Source: the human T2T-CHM13v2.0 reference genome, Homo sapiens. From it: a stretch of DNA of 64,000 nt. How positions within the stretch are numbered: the first letter of the stretch is position 1; each line of letters starts with the position of its first letter. Location of the stretch: NCBI RefSeq assembly GCF_009914755.1, contig NC_060934.1. The stretch is one strand, 5' to 3'. The position numbers and the translations under genes were made by a program. The notes under the pieces were generated by a model. The model was not told the DNA's origin, ran no database searches, and was given only the letters and a program-made list of their open reading frames with translations. Positions 56,555 to 64,000 of this stretch are shown one piece after another.

Positions 56555-57168
56555 GTTTTAGACATTGCAAAATTGCTTTCAAAAAGTCTTTATCAAATTA
56601 TGTTTCATCAAAAGTGTATGAGAATGCCCATTTCTGTATGCTGTTCCCATTGCATGGTCATTAAGTGCTGATTGTCCTTTTAAATGGAGAATCTTATGAC
56701 ATATTTATTGACCATTTGTATTTCTTCTATTAATTCCTTGTTAACATCCCTTATCCACTTTTCTATTGGGTTGTCTTTTATTTTAACAATATATTTTATT
56801 TAACATATTTATTTATATTGGATAACCCAATATGTCAAAAAATCAGCATTTCAACAAGTAATCAATATAAAATTATTAGTGAAATAGTTTACATCTTTTA
56901 TAGTAAATCTTTGGAATCTACTTATAGCATATCAGATTTACACTGCAAGTTTTTATCAAATATATGTGATCTGTATTTCGATCTTATCAAATTTGAAGTA
57001 GATTCATGTACCCAAATTGTTTCAGATATACTGTAGTAGGTAGAATAATGGCTCCCCAAAAGATATGCCTGTCCTAATCCCTGGAACATGTGAATATGTT
57101 ATGCTACATGACAAACATTTAATTAAGGTTGCAGATAGAATTAAGTTTGCTAACCATCTGATCTTAAA
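56555..57168 (+). repeat. Left arm of ~615 bp inverted duplication
   Basis: Reverse complement of 60550-61171; near-identical ORFs 56818+ and 60696-. Confidence 0.95.
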
Positions 57169-59870
<2,702 letters not shown>

Positions 59871-59907
59871 AACTGAATTTGATTCAGTTATCAAAAAACT
59901 TTTAGAA

Positions 59908-60690
<783 letters not shown>

Positions 60691-61662
60691 GTAGACTACA
60701 GTATATCTGAAACAAGTTGGGTATGTGAATCTACTTCAAATGTAGATTTGATAAGATCTAAATACAGATCACATATATTTGATAAAAACTTGCAATGTAA
60801 ATCTGATATGCTATAAGTGGATTCCAAAGATTTGCTATAAAAGATGTAAACTATTTCATTAATAATTTTATATTGATTACTTGTTGAAAGGCTGATTTTT
60901 GGACATATTGGGTAATCCAATATAAATAAATAAAATATGTTGTTAAAATAAAAGACAACCCAATAGAAAAATGGGTAAAGGGTGTTAACAAGGAATTAAT
61001 AGAAGAAATACAAATGGTCAATAAATTTGTCATAAGATTCTCAATTTAAAAGGACGGTCAGTACTTAATGACCATGCAACAGGAAGAGCATACAGAAATG
61101 GGCATTCTCATACACTTTTGATACATAATTTGATAAAGACTTTCTGAAAGCAATTTTGCAATGTCTAAAACAACTTTAAAATAAAATGTCCTGTAACCTT
61201 GTATTGAATTTTAAGAATTTGTTCTAAGGAAAAACAAATGCACAAAAATGGATGCATAACAATCCTCAATGTAACATTTTTTACTACACAAAATGAGAAA
61301 TGACTTGTTCATCTGTCAACAGAGGAACGGTTAAATCATTTCTGGTAAGGCCATACCAGAATGAGGTACATACAAAAGGTTTCTAAGATGAATTGCTAAG
61401 AAATAAGAACACCAGAAAAATAATTTTAATACAATTCCATCCCAGTGTCTGTTACTGTCCTCTCCCCAGAGCCCACAAGTTACATGTTAATGTATAGAAA
61501 TAGCACAGAAAACTTACACTCTGGGAGGGAGTGGTGGGAATGGTGAAGGAGCTTTCATGTTTTGCCCTATAATGTTTGCATCAACGTAAAATTTAAACAA
61601 CGTTAAAGTTGAAATGGAAAGCAGTCAGCTAATTCATGCAGCACTGCCCATGCCCAACTCAC

Positions 61663-62006
61663 GGGCTGCTGCCATCTGACTACCATCATACTCTCCGACC
61701 TCATGTGCTGGGGCCAGGCCAGCCTGCACAGTGTTTCTGCAGCCCAGAATGCCCATCCATCATTTTCAGGAAACAAAGAGTGATTTCCCTCTCTCTTCTG
61801 CAAGCATTTAGGGTGACAGTCCCCTCAAGCTTCCTCAGACTGAAATAAAGTGGCAAGTACTTTCCAGGTCCTCTGATCAGGGTCTGCACACATCCCTGCC
61901 TGCAGGAAGCCCCTGCCCACATCAGGAGACTGCCATAGCTCATTTTGCAAAGAATGATCCGTCTTGGGAACAGCTCCCAGAACACCGGATGGTCTGGAAG
62001 CCTCAG
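61663..62006 (-). pseudogene. Gene A Ig-like exon relic
   Basis: Acceptor ctttattcccctggacttag|C and donor CCC|gtgagt; motifs YGSLLM...AGMC and EGTVTL(K)C. Confidence 0.4.
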
Positions 62007-62979
62007 CTAAGTCCAGGGGAATAAAGGAGATTAACAACAGCAACAGCGACAATGATTTCTACTGACATGTCTCTAGTCAGATGTCTCACACCCAGAACTC
62101 ACCCAAATCGTAAAAAGATAAGCACCCATTACATAATAAATCCGAGATCCTGTAAGACTGTCATGGAAACCTCACAGGTTTTAGCCCCAGACAGATCTGG
62201 TTTTAATCCTGACTACTGCTTAGTGATAGTAAACTTTGGGACAAGTTTAGCCTCAGTTTCTCTCTCTGTTAAATGGGGTAGTGGCATCTCCCTCACAGAT
62301 CTCTGAGAATTAAACGGGATCAAGTGAGCAGAAGGTGTGGAATGGAGCTGGGCTGTAGCAGGTACCCAGGATGGCAGCATCCTAAGAAAGGGCAGTGCTG
62401 CAGAAGTTTTGTGTGAGCTCATGACTGGGGGTCAGGGTCAGACAGGTCCTCCACCAACCCGGCTGAACCTCCGTTTCCTCCTCTGCAGTGTGGAGGTGTT
62501 TTGAGGATTTCCCCAGGTTTAGTGCCCAGTAAGAGTAAGTGCTATTGCTGTGATCATGCATTATTATAGGGCCAAGGAGTAGACTCTGTGCATGAACATT
62601 TTATAGGAGTGGGAATAGATAGAAACACTTAGAATTATTATAGGGTTTGTAATTACTGTGACATTGCCGCTTAGGTAGAACACAGACAGGTGTGTTCCAG
62701 CCTGTTCCACCAGGCTGAGGCCTGGTTTCTTTATGTGTAAAAATGAAGATATTTGTCCCAGATTTGTCACTGGGCCATCTGAGATAGAGCTGTATATACA
62801 CTAGGGGCCTATATAAATATGAATTATCATAATTATGACTTCAAAACTCATTTTGGTCACTGTATCATTTGTTTGGTCTGTTTGTAGAAACAATCTCCCC
62901 TCCCCTAATAATACCATTGCTTGTGCCATGAAATGAGGTGTGAAACAGACTTCAGTAGTCCTAGCATGGTGAAGGCAGG

Positions 62980-63826
62980 GCCCTGCTTCCTAGTGTGTGA
63001 TGACAGTCCATGGGGACCTCCTGCAGGGCCCGGGATGTCTGTAATCCTCCTATTGGCCAGCCTTTGGAGTTTGTGACAGTTTGAGGTCTTTGCAGTCTGA
63101 ATTCAGCTCTTTTCAACATGATCAAAGACTGGCTCTCTGGGAAGTCTTCATTTTTCACCTTGTCTAGGAGACTGCCTGAAGAAACAACTTCTGCAATTCT
63201 TTTTACCAAGTCTCCTGATAAAATCCTCCACAGGCAGCATCTTGGAAAATGGCAGGCATGTTTTAGAAAGCAATCGCTCAGGGTTCCCTATCTCTGTTAA
63301 CTCTGATTGGGGCCTCAGATCAATCTTAAAAACCGTTATCCACCTGACACCCAACCAGGAACTGAATGTCTCTGAGTTGTACATAAATAATACAGATCAG
63401 AATGAAGTTCAGTGCCAAGGAGGGAAGCATCCTCCTTGCTTCCTTATCACACAAGCCTGTAACCATGCCCCATGACTGTCCAGAATACAGATTTAAAAAG
63501 GCATTGTGAAAATTGGAGATAATTGAGTTCTTGGTAAAGGAACGTTCCCTCCCTAAGGAGTTGAGATACATCATTTGTCCAGCTTCTTTCCTTGCTGATG
63601 ACTTTCTCTTGAAGCTTCTTCCAACAGATTCTGCAGTAACGCTGCCACCTGTGAACCTGTGAACTCCAAATGCTCTTGTTATGATCCACAGGTCTGCAGT
63701 CAGCAGATCGGACCTGGGAACGCCCTGCTTCTTCACTGTGTCATGAGGCTATCCATGGTCCTCTTAGAAAATCTTTAGCACATGTGGTGTGCCACAGGGA
63801 CAGTGTGTTGAGGTCAGCACCATGTT
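62980..63826 (-). pseudogene. Large coding-like relic of unknown family
   Basis: Acceptor cccctgctctctgcag|A; overlapping 78-136 aa minus-strand ORFs with helical protein-like stretches (VAALLQNLLEEASRE; EDFIRRL/VKRIAEVVSSGSLLDKVKNEDF). Confidence 0.3.
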
Positions 63827-64000
63827 CTGCAGAGAGCAGGGGCTTTGAACTCAGAACACCGGCTCCCTGCACCCTCCCTATCCCTCCCAACTGGCCACAG
63901 CCCCTAAAGCTCTTACTTTCAGTGTTGCACAGCTCAGGCCCTGAGCCTGTGGAAGTCCAGCTGGGAGCCATGAATGAGCCCAGGGCCTGGGGCCTGAGAC

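Overview
This is primate, most likely human, GC-rich genomic DNA. It is dense in Alu, L1, MIR, MaLR and MER repeats and has one CpG island (~20.5-21.7 kb). I see no intact full-length protein-coding gene; the ORF track is mostly noise or repeat-derived. Reading the minus strand across stops and frameshifts suggests two adjacent, decayed multi-exon genes (candidate unitary pseudogenes). Gene A (~33-62 kb) looks like a cell-surface receptor, with about 6 Ig-like exon relics, then 4 FN3-like relics, a possible transmembrane segment and weak tyrosine-kinase-like motifs. Gene B starts in the CpG island at a strong-Kozak ATG (MGLCCCKD..., a myristoyl/palmitoyl-type N-terminus) and runs off the window start. 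It carries RGS22/RGSL1-like motifs, and its first four exons still have canonical splice sites and splice into a 93-aa ORF. The window also holds an old complex rearrangement at 56.5-61.2 kb (a ~615 bp inverted duplication plus a ~0.9 kb L1 inversion with a 43 bp duplication), a very young AluYa-type insertion, CTCF motifs and a (TGGA)n array with higher-order structure. Domain and repeat assignments were made by eye and need HMM, alignment or RepeatMasker confirmation.
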